A DNA stretch of 63,693 nt, filler included, from Psammoneis japonica (taxonomy: Eukaryota): the NCBI GenBank assembly GCA_008632985.1. It is 3 parts of 3 records of this genome, joined end to end, with 100 filler letters (N's around TTAATTAATTAA, not from the genome) between each part and the next. Parts side by side here need not be neighbours in the genome. Positions count along the whole stretch, not along the records: positions 1 to 28,450 come from QPGO01000406.1; positions 28,551 to 56,596 come from QPGO01000408.1; 1 more part is not named here. One strand, given 5' to 3'. Positions 23,030 to 34,488 of this stretch are shown here, piece after piece. The position numbers and the translations under genes are program-made. Position 1 is the stretch's first letter. Each line of letters begins with the position of its first letter. The notes under the pieces were generated by a model, which was not told where the DNA came from, did no database searches, and saw nothing but the letters and a program-made list of their open reading frames with translations.

Positions 23030-26000
23030 TCATTTTTGTTGTTTTTTGTTCCGCGGGTGGCTGCGCATTCTTTTTTTCTTTGACGAATTCGTTGGGGCGG
23101 GTGGGGGCTGTTGTGCCGCCACTCTTCCTGTCGGCGGCGTGTCCTTCTTTGGCTTGCTGGCATTCTTCATTTTTTCCTTTTCCTTTCTCTTTGACTCCAC
23201 TGCCTTCGCTCTTGCCGCCACCTTCCCCCCCCTTTTCTTGTCTGCCTCAACTCTCCTCCTCCTTGCCTGCTCCTTTCTTTCCTCCATTTCGGCCAGTGCA
23301 GCCGCCCTGCATTTCTTTGCGCCCGTTTTTGTCTCACAATCCGGAGTTGCTCCAACAACTCTGTTCCCCACATTCTTGTTTGGCGGCTCAGATGCTTTTG
23401 ACGGGGTTTTCATCTTGGCTGAAACTTTGGCAGCAGCCACAGCACTTGAGGGGTCGTCATCATCTGATGCGCCAATCTCCAATTCAGAGGATGAGGAAAC
23501 CAAATCCCTTCTCGCCCGTCTTCTCCTTGCAGCGGAGCGCGGCTCTTGCTCGACTCGACTCGGGAGGGAGCAACTGCTGTCGCTGTCGCTGCCGCTTGCA
23601 AGGGGTTCGTCGTTCGAATCTGCGCCGCTCCAAGCCACATCCATGTTTTGTTCGTCCTCTTCCACCTGTTGCTCAGGGTTTGCAGCAGATGGCTCCTCTT
23701 CATCTGCTTTGTCATTTCCTTGCCCCCCCTGTTGATGGTCGTTCTCCTCTGACACTCCGTCTCTGTCAGAAGTCGCTTTGTCATCTGGCGGCTGGCCGGT
23801 GCCCCCATCGCCCCCCTCATCTGAATGATCTTTCTTTTGTTCTTCATCTTGAGGGGGCGCGCAATCTCCGCCTTTGTCAGGGGTGTGATCTCCGTCTTTG
23901 TCGTCGTCGTCATTGTCGTTGTTGTCGCGTGTTTCACCCTCATCCTGCTCTGATGCCTCCTCCTCCTTCTCCTCTTCCTCACCCGATTGGGGTTGCCGGC
24001 TGCATCCTCGCCCACTTGTTGTGTGCTCCCATCTCTGTGCCGCAGGTCTGCCAAGGTGGTGTCGTCGTCGTCTCCCCCTTGCTGGTCCTCCACTGTGACC
24101 TCTGCTCGCGCCGCTTCGCCCTTCTTTGCCTGCTTTTTTTTCTTTTTTGCCTTCCTTTTCTCACTCTCTTCCTTCGCTCTGTCTTCCAACATCGTCTTTC
24201 TCATTTTGTCCTCGTTCTCCAGTCTTTCCTTCTTGAGTCCATTGCGCGCTGTGCCGTCGCACGCCCGCGGCACTGCCTTGCTGAAGTTCTTGTGAATCAA
24301 GTCGCGCTCGTGCTCAAATCGTTTCTTTGTCTCTTTGTCTTCATCAAAAAGAGTTTGGAAATTCCGGCAGTCGACCACCCTTGGAGATGTGCCTTGCGCT
24401 CAGTTCATCGCGTCTTTGCAGGTTTGATGGGTGGCTCCGAATGTCTGCTCCGATTCCTGCTCTTCAGGTGCAAAAGCGTCCTCCTCGTCTTGGCTGTTCA
24501 ATCCTCTGAAGTGAATCTGTTCCTTCGCATCCTTCGCTGTCAGATTTGAGTTGCTTTGCAGGTGGCAGATCGCTGTTCCAAGAGCCGCCTGTGTTTGACA
24601 GGTCCTGACGCACTCTTGTTGCAACTTCACGAAAGCCTCCTGTCGGCTGTGGTCTGCGTCCAGGGTGTTGTCCAGTGCGCCACTGACAGACTTGCGCATC
24701 TCGGAATTCTTGCTCCACTTCGCTCTCTTGCGCTTTCTTTTCACGGCAGGTTTTGCAGCAGTTTCTTTGTCGGGCTCGCCCTCATTGTCCCTTTTCCTTT
24801 TCTTGCTCTGTCTCGATTTCCCCACCACCTCAGCGAGTCTCTTGTTTGGCTCTTCCAGCCATTTCTCGAGCCTTTGGTGGCTGAGCTCGACTCTGTCTGA
24901 AACAGCCACATCGCACACATCGCTCATGCCTGCCACGCAAATCTCCCCAGTCAATTCCTTCAAGGTCAACTTGGCATGCTTTGCATTTCCTGTGTGGAAA
25001 CAATCACCAAACATGTCAGACGGGGACCGCAAAATGGATGCGTTGGTGCTCCGATCCTGCAAACAATCTGACGCACAGACAGACAACACCAAATCGGTGC
25101 AATGGCGCGTCGACTCCGCAGAGCATTGCCGGTGATGACAGACCGTGCGATGCAGAGACGACGTGGCATCGATTTCTTGGTCACACTCACCGCTGCCCTT
25201 CTCGACTGGATCGATTTGAAATTTGGGAACAAAGTCTTCGGTGGAGACTGTTTTCTGGTTTGCCTCATTGGACAAAACGTTCCCTGGCTCTTCCAGGTGT
25301 TCGATCAGAGAGAGCAGTTTGAGGCTCTTCTTCTTTGTCAACCATTCGCAAATGAGCACAGCCATCTGAGGCATGTTTGTGACTTTCTCTGGACAGTTTG
25401 TGTCGTCGCGAAACATCAATTCATGAAAGGGCTCCTCGCTCAATGCCTCCTGTTCGTCATCGTTGAGACCAGGCATTTCTTCGGGAAGCATTGCCTTGAA
25501 AAGAAATGTTTTGTGATTTTCTACACCAGCATCCAACCAACATTTGTTGACGGGGATCACATCTCCGAAGCGACAAAGTGCCTCCATTGTTGCCTTTCCG
25601 GCACAGGCCAGCAACTTTGGATGCAGGTTTTTGTCGGTTCACCTCCCTCTTCCGCACTGCACCATTTTTGTCATCGTCAAACCAAGGATGACCTCTGTTT
25701 TGATGTGGACATCAAAGACACACAGCGCGGCTTTGGGCAAACCGCTCTTGGAAACATCGGCTTCATTGAGATTTGCAAAAATTCCCTTCAAAAAGAAAAG
25801 AAAAGAAATTTGGTTGTCAGGCACATGACCAAACAATTCGCGGTTTTCACTTGTCATGTGTTCCGTTGCTCTGACACTCACCGAGCACAATTTGCCCTTT
25901 TTCGTTCCCTGCAATGTTGGGGGAAAGGAGTGATTGAGCAAATGTCAAGCACCGTTTCTCGAAGAATGAAGTCATGGCGGGCTCCCAAAGCAAGGAATTG

Positions 26001-28427
26001 TCTTGCCATGTGCCCATCATTGTCAGCGGTTTCCGCCTTCAGGAACTCCGTTGACAGGCCCATCGCCTCTCCCTGTGCGTTTTCAGCCAAATTGTTCAGC
26101 ACTGTGCAGCTGCGAAGGACTTTTCCTTCTTCTCCTTCTCCCAACTCCGTTGCAAACAAGACTCGCAATCCCTCCGGCAGGGTGGGCTCAGATTGGCGGG
26201 ATCTTCTGATGATGCGTTCCAGCCCCAGGTGGGGCTCCGTGTGACATTGGGCCCGCAGAATTCTGCGTGCGAGCTCCGCAGCACAAGAATTCAATCAATG
26301 GACACACTTGTCTTCAACGTCAAACAAACGGCCAAGTTTGTGGCACAATTGTGCCTCTCACCACTCGACGTTTTTGCAAATGCACCTGCCCCACGCGATT
26401 CTCAAGACATCGCAGAATCGTGCTGCAACAAAAAATGTCAAAAGTTTTTGGACGGATCGCTCAACAAGCACACCGCAAAATGACACAAAACATCAAAAAA
26501 TCACGTAGAATTCTGCGTGCGCGACATGCGACGAGATTCAAAAAACTGTCGATGCCACAGTTCAGCAGTGCGAGGTCCCACCCAGACCTGGAACGCGTCT
26601 GATGACTTGCTTCAGCATTTCGGCGGACTGGCTGTAAAAAACAAAATTCGTGGACAACATCATTGGCCCGGCAATGCTGGCCCTTTCTCTCGTCGGCTTT
26701 GTGCTGTTGTGCAACCCAGGACATTTCCTTTCACGCAAGGTTTGGGTCATTGCATCGGCGAACTTTCCTGCTTTGTCAACATCACCACCCAGCTTGAGGT
26801 TCCTGTTGGTGTCCTCCCTTGCCTTTTGAACCACGGCCTTTGCAGATTCGCAATTGGAAGTGAGCAGATGCTTGAGCACCACTTTCCCAAGTTTCTCGCG
26901 CGCTTCAATGTGCTTGACGCTGTCGCTGCCTTTCTCCTCCAGTTGCATCGCCTCCTCATCTGTGACCAACTTCCTGCATCGCAGCTCACCCAACATCCAT
27001 TTGTGCGTGTTCAGTTGCGCGTCGTCCTCAAAGCTTTGCCTTGAACCTGATGTGGTGTCGGCTTGGATGACCTCGCTGTGTCTTTTGCAGAGGAACAAAC
27101 TTCTTTCCCCAAACAAACCAAGCTTGATGTGCGGTTGGGATTTTTCTTCAACGCACGGTTGTTCACAGTTCAATTTTTTCCCCAACAACTCACTGAATTG
27201 CCTTGGGGGAAACATCTGCGTCAGTGCCAGGTCAACGCCCAACACGCGGCACTGTCCATCGAGGAAGGAGTTCCAAATGGCTGCAGCTGCTTGTGACATC
27301 AGCTTGCATTCCAACATGAGAACAGATTTGTTGCGTGTCGTCTTGTTCTTGTGGTGTGCGAAAGGGGCGAAATTTGCATTTTGAATGATGAAAGTTTGGC
27401 ACAAGATGTTTCGCAATCTTTTGTGCAAGGATTCAAAATCAGCCATCTTCCTCAAAGAATTGTGTTGTTGACCCAAAAGCACATGAAGTGTGCATGTCAG
27501 GAAAAGTCCCTTCTGCCGACTGTTCCAGTTGTCTTTCACATTTGTCGATTGCGCCCTTGTGCCCGCATTGTCACCCTCCATCTTGGCGTGTGTGAGCAGT
27601 GCAAACAGCCCGAGCGCGTGTTCCTTGGCAACAAAAAATGCGCCGGCATTGCTCGAACTTGGTTTGCTGTGATCACGGCAGAGCTCATGAGCCGGAAGCA
27701 CCTTTCCAAATTTTGCAGTTTGATGTGTGACCAAGTGGGGCGTCACTGTGTGCGGCACAATGTTGAATGATTTGCTGGAAAGCCCATGCGCACTCTGCAA
27801 AGTCCCCACATGGTTCTTGTCAGAGACAGGCGCAAGCGGGTTGCAATCTGGGTTGTAGATCTTTTCGTTGTTGGCATGCCTTTGGTTGACATCTGGTTGA
27901 CTGAGAGGACACATGGCTGCAACATCGCGGTTTCTTGCACAAGTCACCCCCGCGAACAGAGAGATGACCACCGGACTGACGTTTGCATTGACCCTGTTGA
28001 AGTGATCTCCCATGTCTGCCCCCTTTTCTCTGTTGTTCTTTCGTTTGTTCATCAGTTTTTCCCAATCTTCGTTGGTGAATTCCTCCAGTTTGAAGGGGAC
28101 ACCTTTCGACAGGGGACATGACGGCGGCTTCAATTTCTTGAAGCACTCGTCATCTGATTTCACATCCCCCATCGGACTCTTTGGCGCTGTTGCGTCCTTC
28201 ACGATCACTTTGCCACAAATGACCCTGAAAATGGTGTGCACCTGCTCCGCTGTCAATTCTTCATCAATCGGCGAGATTTTGTTGTGGGCTGCTGCCACAC
28301 ACCCTGGACTGCCCATCTCTTGCAACATCAAGGTTCCCACCAAATTTCCAATTGCACATTCTTCGCCGACCAGGTCTTTCATCATTTCCCTGTCATCCTC
28401 GCTGATGGCTGCGCAGAATCTCAACAC
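23030..28427 (-). pseudogene. Large decayed protein-coding region of unknown function, interrupted by MITE copy 3
   Basis: Successive protein-like minus-strand ORFs (26562-28427, 25878-26205, 24400-25614, 23410-24378, 23030-23755) with an acidic/basic low-complexity C-terminus. No family recognised. Confidence 0.5.
26212..26598 (+). mobile_element. MITE copy 3
   Basis: TIRs ATGCGTTCCAG / CTGGAACGCGT. Perfect 6-bp TSD ctgatg at 26206-26211 and 26599-26604. Confidence 0.92.
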
Positions 28428-28450
28428 CTGTTTGCTGTTGGTTGCACAAG

Positions 28451-28550
28451 NNNNNNNNNNNNNNNNNNNNNNNNNNNNNNNNNNNNNNNNNNNNTTAATT
28501 AATTAANNNNNNNNNNNNNNNNNNNNNNNNNNNNNNNNNNNNNNNNNNNN
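28451..28550. other. Assembly gap with TTAATTAATTAA linker
   Basis: N runs flank ttaattaattaa at 28495-28506; the same linker is at 56641-56652. Confidence 0.95.
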
Positions 28551-28845
28551 TCCATAAATCTCATTGACATACAATGGGACCAAACCTTCCAGACAGATTG
28601 TGAGATTATCGTTATAAATGAAACAAGAAACGGGTAAATCGGTGAAAAATTCATTGAGATATCGTAATAGCACTAACCTGTCTCGAATCGCGCAATCGAT
28701 TTTTTTGGCACACTTTGGACAAACCACAAATCCATAATTCTGATTGACACGCAACGGTTCCAAGCCTTTCAGAAAGATTGTAAAATTATCGTTTAGAATG
28801 AAACAAGAAACGTGAAAATCGGTGAAAGACTCACTGAGATATCAA
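28551..28845. repeat. Diverged direct repeat with 180-bp period
   Basis: tccataa(a/t)tct.attgaca... at 28551 and 28731; the motif aatgaaacaagaaacg..aaatcggtgaaa occurs in both. Confidence 0.8.
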
Positions 28846-29515
28846 CATGCCTACGGTGACACCGGCAGCACTCATCATTGTTCTGCTGCATGCGCTTTTT
28901 GTTGCGTGCAAAACAGTAAATTGAGCCAATTTAGATAGAGGGAACCCACCTCTCGCGCTCAACGCGCTCGCTATTTTTTTTGTGTGCGTTCAACGCCTGT
29001 GAATCCCCTCCTTTTTTCCGTTTTCCTTTTACCCGGCCACGAATATGAAAAAATTGCCGAAAAATCTGCGTCTTCGCGTCGGCGGCGGCATTTTTTTATT
29101 TTGCGGCCGGCCGCTGATGACCACCGACAACGTTGAGAGTGGAGAGTGATGATTCACTCATAGCTTTTGTCATTCGCTCTCTTTCCTAAACACCGCCAAG
29201 GCGTGCCGTTTAGACTAAAAATCAACAAAGATTAAAATCGCATTTATCAAAATTTGCCCACTACCGGTACTCCTATTCCATATTGTCACTGGTAACCTCC
29301 TTGTCACGTGGCGTGGTAGTTGTAAACGTATTAGCAGTACTGCCTTGATATGATTCGCCCAATTCTTCGTCCTAGAACTGTTATTACTGCTGCGACTGCA
29401 ATATCAAGTCAGTCCCACAATTCGATACAGCATCCGCGAAAACACCCCCAGTGAAAAACTGGTCGTGGAAGTTCCAACCGTGTACAGGGCCCCTGCCATC
29501 CCGCTTGGGGAAAGC

Positions 29516-31124
29516 TCAGCTTGTCTGATGCATCATTGTATGACCCTCCAAATCAATGGCCACTAGTCTTTCTTTCGCCTTGCCTCCATCCGAAATAAGC
29601 ACCATATTTCCTCCTCTATCCGCATCTTCATGCCGGAAACCATATTGTGTTTCCAAGGCATTGAGAATGTCACCCCAGGCAGACACGTCATCCACTCCAG
29701 CTTTTGGAACGCGACCAAGCTGCAAACCGAGGAATTTGATTCCACCCGACCAAGATTCTGACAGGAAAAGCGGCGTCGGCACAAGTTCCCCCCATGCGTC
29801 TTTCAGTTTCAGGTACGCTGAGATTTCACTGTCAAACCACTCGTAGCCGTCCTTCCCAACATCAAATTGTTTCAGCGCAACCCGTTGTGTGCGCCATGTC
29901 GCTAAATGGACAACTCCGTTGTGTCCACATCCAATGGGTTCGATTATTTTTATCTCATCAAAGGAATCTTGGGCAACACGTCATTTTCAATTGAGGCAGT
30001 GTTCATTTGGGGTCCGTTATCTGGGGTCATTTCTACTTCCTCTGATTCTTCGTCAATTGTTCCGCCAGAGCGTAGTCCGGGTGTCCTGCCTTTTGCAGGA
30101 GGGGTTGGCTTTTCTTTGCTTGTTACATTCCAGGTGATTGAGAAGGAACAAGAGGTTCATCCGATCCACACCCCAATGAATTCAGATAAGTCCAGGCACG
30201 TAAGAAGTTGTGTTGGCCAACAAAGATTGCGTCGCTAATAAAAACTCGAGCATTAGAGCCATCACCTTCAATTTTGACAAAGTATGATCGTGTGGCAGAT
30301 GACAGCGCACCATACCGTCGTCCATTCTCGACCATGTATCCAAGAAGCTGTCCGATAGGATGACATACACGTGACCACAAAGGCGTTCGGCCGGAATCCT
30401 CCGTGTATACTTTTTGATAAGAATTGTTGTAATCATGTACTATTTCTTCGGCACTCATAGGCAGTGGAAGATTGTGCGTTGACTTGAACTCAACAATCAC
30501 CGCAACATCAGCCGGACTTGGAATATAAGCAATGTCATTGTTGTCACCGTCAGTGCTTTGCTTCAGAATCAAGGCATCTGGCTTTCCGATTCCACCAACC
30601 TTGGTGATCTTCCCCATGATTCCGTTACGCACCAACGCGTACTTCAGGATGTTCACCAGAAACGTTTCTTCCTGAAGTTCATCAGTCAACGGCATTCCGG
30701 AGTTGCTGTATCTACTAGCAGTATCGAAGACATCACACCTACGATTGAGCTCTTGATGGGTTGGATTGAACGCTTCCACTTCCGTTCGAAAACTGACCCA
30801 CGACGTGATCGTTGTGGGATATCGCCGCCCTCGTCTACTTTCATTGAGCTTGGATCTCGAGCTCGTGAATTGCACTCCTAGATTAGGAGTCATGATACGC
30901 TGTTGCAACAGCATGTCCGACGTTGTTACTCTTGGGGCCTCGGCGGATGATTCGTAGTGATTTTCTACTTCCGGCAATCGTGCTTGCCATTGCTGACGTT
31001 CATTGATTTCCGCTGGCGTCAAACTATCGACAGGTAAACTATCAATTTTGCTCAAATCGAGATTGAACAGCACGCCTTGGTTCGACCGTTCGTCAAAAAA
31101 TCGGTAATAATCATCATGATTCAT
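29516..31124 (-). pseudogene. PD-(D/E)xK restriction-endonuclease-fold domain fused to a protein-kinase-like domain (Crinkler-type REase+kinase), with two frameshifts
   Basis: REase motifs 'GKPDALIL...VIVEFKS...IGQLLGYMVENGRRYGALSS'. After frameshifts near 30140 and 29960 the frame reads 'IGCGHNGVVHLATWRTQRVALKQFD...HEDADRGGNMVL...LVAIDLE' (Gly loop, VAxK, HxD..N, DxE). Confidence 0.75.
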
Positions 31125-31599
31125 AATGCTGGTAATGGTGTTTTATTGACGTTGCGTTTGATGTTTGATGTTGTTGACAATGCCTCATGCTCGATGCTCT
31201 CAGCTCGCAATACAGCATCGTGTAGTACCGTATTCAGTGTCGGTAGAATAACTCGCAATCTGAGATCTGATTGCTTGCACTCCCAACTGGGAGGTCTGTA
31301 AGTGGTACGGAAGAGGGAAAGAGAAGACTACTCCCGCGGACGGACGCGTAGGTAGCCCTGCAGTACAACACGTCTGCCCTCCACCCCAATCATTTGAACT
31401 TCATTGCTTCAGCGTCAAGCCCGCTCACTAAGCTTGCCGGGTGGTGCCACACTTACGAATCCAAAACAACATGGGTCCATCTCTTTCAACTGGAAAGCTG
31501 ATTGACAGAAGAGACAAGAAAGATCTCTTTCATAGCTTTTACTCTCTTGACACGCAGTTGATGTGAAGTGTGACGATTCAGGACAGTGCGAGTCAACAT

Positions 31600-34380
31600 C
31601 GCAGCATGAAGTCAAAAAAGGAGGTCCGAAAGACGACAAAACAAACAAATGGCTAAGCCCAGTCTTAGAGAGTTATGACAAAACTGTGAAAAAACACCAG
31701 CTTGATTCCCAGATGAAGGTGGATAGATGCAAAAATCGACACTGCTCACCGAATGGAATGTGCTGAGTGACGAAACCCCGGCCAGTCGCGCGATGCTTTG
31801 CACCTCCGACAACAGTTTGTGACATGCAGTTTGCCTTGGTCTGGATGTGGAAAATGAAGTGAAGGGTCCACCTCTTGTGAATGCATGAAATGTCTCTCAC
31901 AAACTCTGCCACCAACCTCTTTCAAAGCCAAGCATGGCAAAAAGAGGAATGGCCAGGCCACTGTCTTCCAAAATTGCGACACAGTGTTTTTTTTGGGGGC
32001 ACGGAGTCACCTCTTTCGTCTTCTGGAGGAAGAATTCAAGGCCCTCTGTGGACAAGCTGGCAATTTCCAACACTGCCTTGGAACCTTTTTCTTGTCCTGT
32101 GCAGTTGACGTGCCAGCTCAGGACACGCGTGATTGCAAAATGTTTCCTGGATTGCTCGCCAAAGAAGAAGAGCATTCATCATTTTGGAAGCTGATCTGCA
32201 ATGTAGACGAAAGTTAGAGATCTAGCAAATGAGCTGGAAAGTCTTTCTGGAGGAAGCTTGAGGAATGCCTCAATCAACTTGCAGCTGAGATGCGTTCCAG
32301 CTCCAGGTGCGGTGGGAGCTCGCAGTGCTGACGTGTGACACAAATGATTTTTGTCATCTGTCACATGTTTTGCACACACATTTCTGCGTGTGACATTCAA
32401 AAAAAACATCCAGACTCACTGTTTTGCAAATCCCCAGATGTTTCACATGCAACAAATTCATGGAAACAACAACGCGTTTGAAGAATGTAACTGGCCAAGC
32501 AAAAAAATGATGCACTTCAATCATGGACGAGTTTGTGCACTCGCAAAATTGCCTCATTTTCTGTTGGTGATCATTGACATTTTCATTGCCTCACAATTTT
32601 GCTGTGGAGCTTGCACATGGAGTTCTAAAAGGCCCAATGTCACATGGATTCCCACCTGCATCTGGAACGTGTCCTGAGCTTTTTGCAGAGGGAATGAAAG
32701 AAAAGACACAAGTCACTGTCGACGACGACAAAGTGCATCATCATGTCACACAACAAGTCAAAGGCAACAAGCCCAAGCTGGCACAATGTGCCAGGGACAA
32801 TGCAAGAAGAAGCTTTGTGATTGATGCAGCAATGCACACAGCAACTGGTGTCCCAACTGGCTTTGGTGTTCAGGGAAAGAATGACACCACAGCGACCAGT
32901 GCAAAGCGGATGCCAAGAAATGCCTCTTTGCACCCAACAATGGTGGAAGCGAGCAACGGCACCTCACAAATGTTGAGTGTGACTTTGACCACAGCAACAC
33001 CAGCTTTGAACTTGTGTTTGATGTCCTGGAGCTTGGCGGGTTGCTTGGTGCCAACACAATCAAACGCTCTGACTGGTTTCCATTTGCGTGCTGCCAGAAA
33101 TTAGGGGAAGGGGATGCACGCACTTTGGGGCCAATGGTTGGACCAAAAATTCTTCTCCAGAAATCCTGCAAAGCCACCAAGCTGAATGTGGAATTGTTTG
33201 CAAATGCCTGCAGAAATGGCAACCAAGCTGTGACAATGGCATTGTCAAGTGCTCATTCAGGCCTGCATTTGCCACCAACCGACTGCTTGTGCCACTGAGA
33301 AAAGCATCTCAATCCATCTTGCGTGCCACCGGCATTGATGTGGCTGCATTGGAATGGGTCCAACAGTGTGCAAGAGTGAGCTGCAATTGTGCACAACACA
33401 CCATTGATGTGACAAGAGGAGTCTCACATCAAAGAGCTGAGCCGCATGCGCTGCTGAATGAAAACAAGTTGCCCAAAAGGCAGATTTGGGCCCGTGTGCA
33501 AGAGCTTGGAGGAAGCAGCGGTGGAAAGGCAATCAGTCCCATCAAAAACAAACTCAAACAGCAGATTCATGCACTCACTGACAAATGCCTGCACATTTTG
33601 AAGAACAGGACGGAGGTTGCACAAGAAGCAAGACCTTGCCTGCATGGCTGCAGTGCCACAAGAAAATCAGAAGATGACATCACAGCTGCTCTCATCAACA
33701 AGGACAAGGCAGAAGGAGGACATCATTGCATGGAGCCAGTGGACAAAATGCAGCTCACACTGCATCAGAGCAACTGTTTCAATCTGCACTCCTTCCCAAG
33801 CTTGCGGGAAAGTCTCTTGAGAGCTGCCAAAGAGGTCATCATCTTGAGCCTGTGTTTGCAAAGAAGATGGCGGCAGACTCAGATGCCGGCAAAACACCAT
33901 TTCAATTGTTGTCCACACATGAGGCTGGAATGATTTGCAAGAAATGAGAGGAAGCTGTCAAGGACTCAGTTGATTTTCTTGCAACAGCAATGGCAAATGG
34001 CACAAAAATGGCAGTTGGACTGGAGATGAAGCTTTGTGCAGCTTCAAGCAGAGAACAACAGGAGCAACTGCTTTTGTTGTCAGCAGAGAACAAAACCTCA
34101 GAGGCAACATTGTCTGAGTGTTCTGTGATTGGCTTGAATGATGGAACACTCAACAATGACCATGTTCATGAAGCACACAAAGCAGTGCAGAGGCTGCACC
34201 ACAGCTGGCTGCACCTGCAACCTGGATTGCATGTTGGTCCAATTGTTGGTGGCAACAATGGAGACATCATGCGTGGGATGTTTGTCAGGTTTGATGACAG
34301 TGTCAAGAAAGCGTGCGCAAGATTCTTTGCTCTCTTTGCAAATTTGCACTGGAATGGATCTGCAACTCAGACAAAACCAA
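31600..34380 (+). mobile_element. Heavily decayed DDE DNA transposase relic (piggyBac-like, tentative)
   Basis: 'VTVDDDK' acidic motif, 'FD(HSN)...GANTIKR' resembling DRGY...GT.KR, and a C-terminal Cys cluster. TpA-depleted. Confidence 0.3.
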
Positions 34381-34385
34381 GGCAC

Positions 34386-34488
34386 TGTGGGGAAAGAACA
34401 AATGTTTTTGAGAACATGGTTGAACGTGAAGAAAGGGTGTTCCAACTCACTCATGTGTGAGACCACATTTGTGCAGATGCAACGTTCA
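34386..34488 (+). repeat. Candidate 5' LTR remnant (103 bp) of the Copia element
   Basis: Direct repeat of 42958-43060 (tgtggggaaa.aacaaatgtttttgagaacatgg...gatgcaa.gttca), ending in CA. Confidence 0.65.

Noticed and set aside
1..28450. Alternative genetic code or RNA editing as the cause of Tyr-free proteins
   Set aside because: Host genes in the same window use TAY Tyr normally, and non-coding repeats show the same TA>TG/CA change at DNA level.
28495..28506. TTAATTAATTAA between N runs (also 56641-56652)
   Set aside because: Identical linker within gaps; a scaffolding artefact, not biology.
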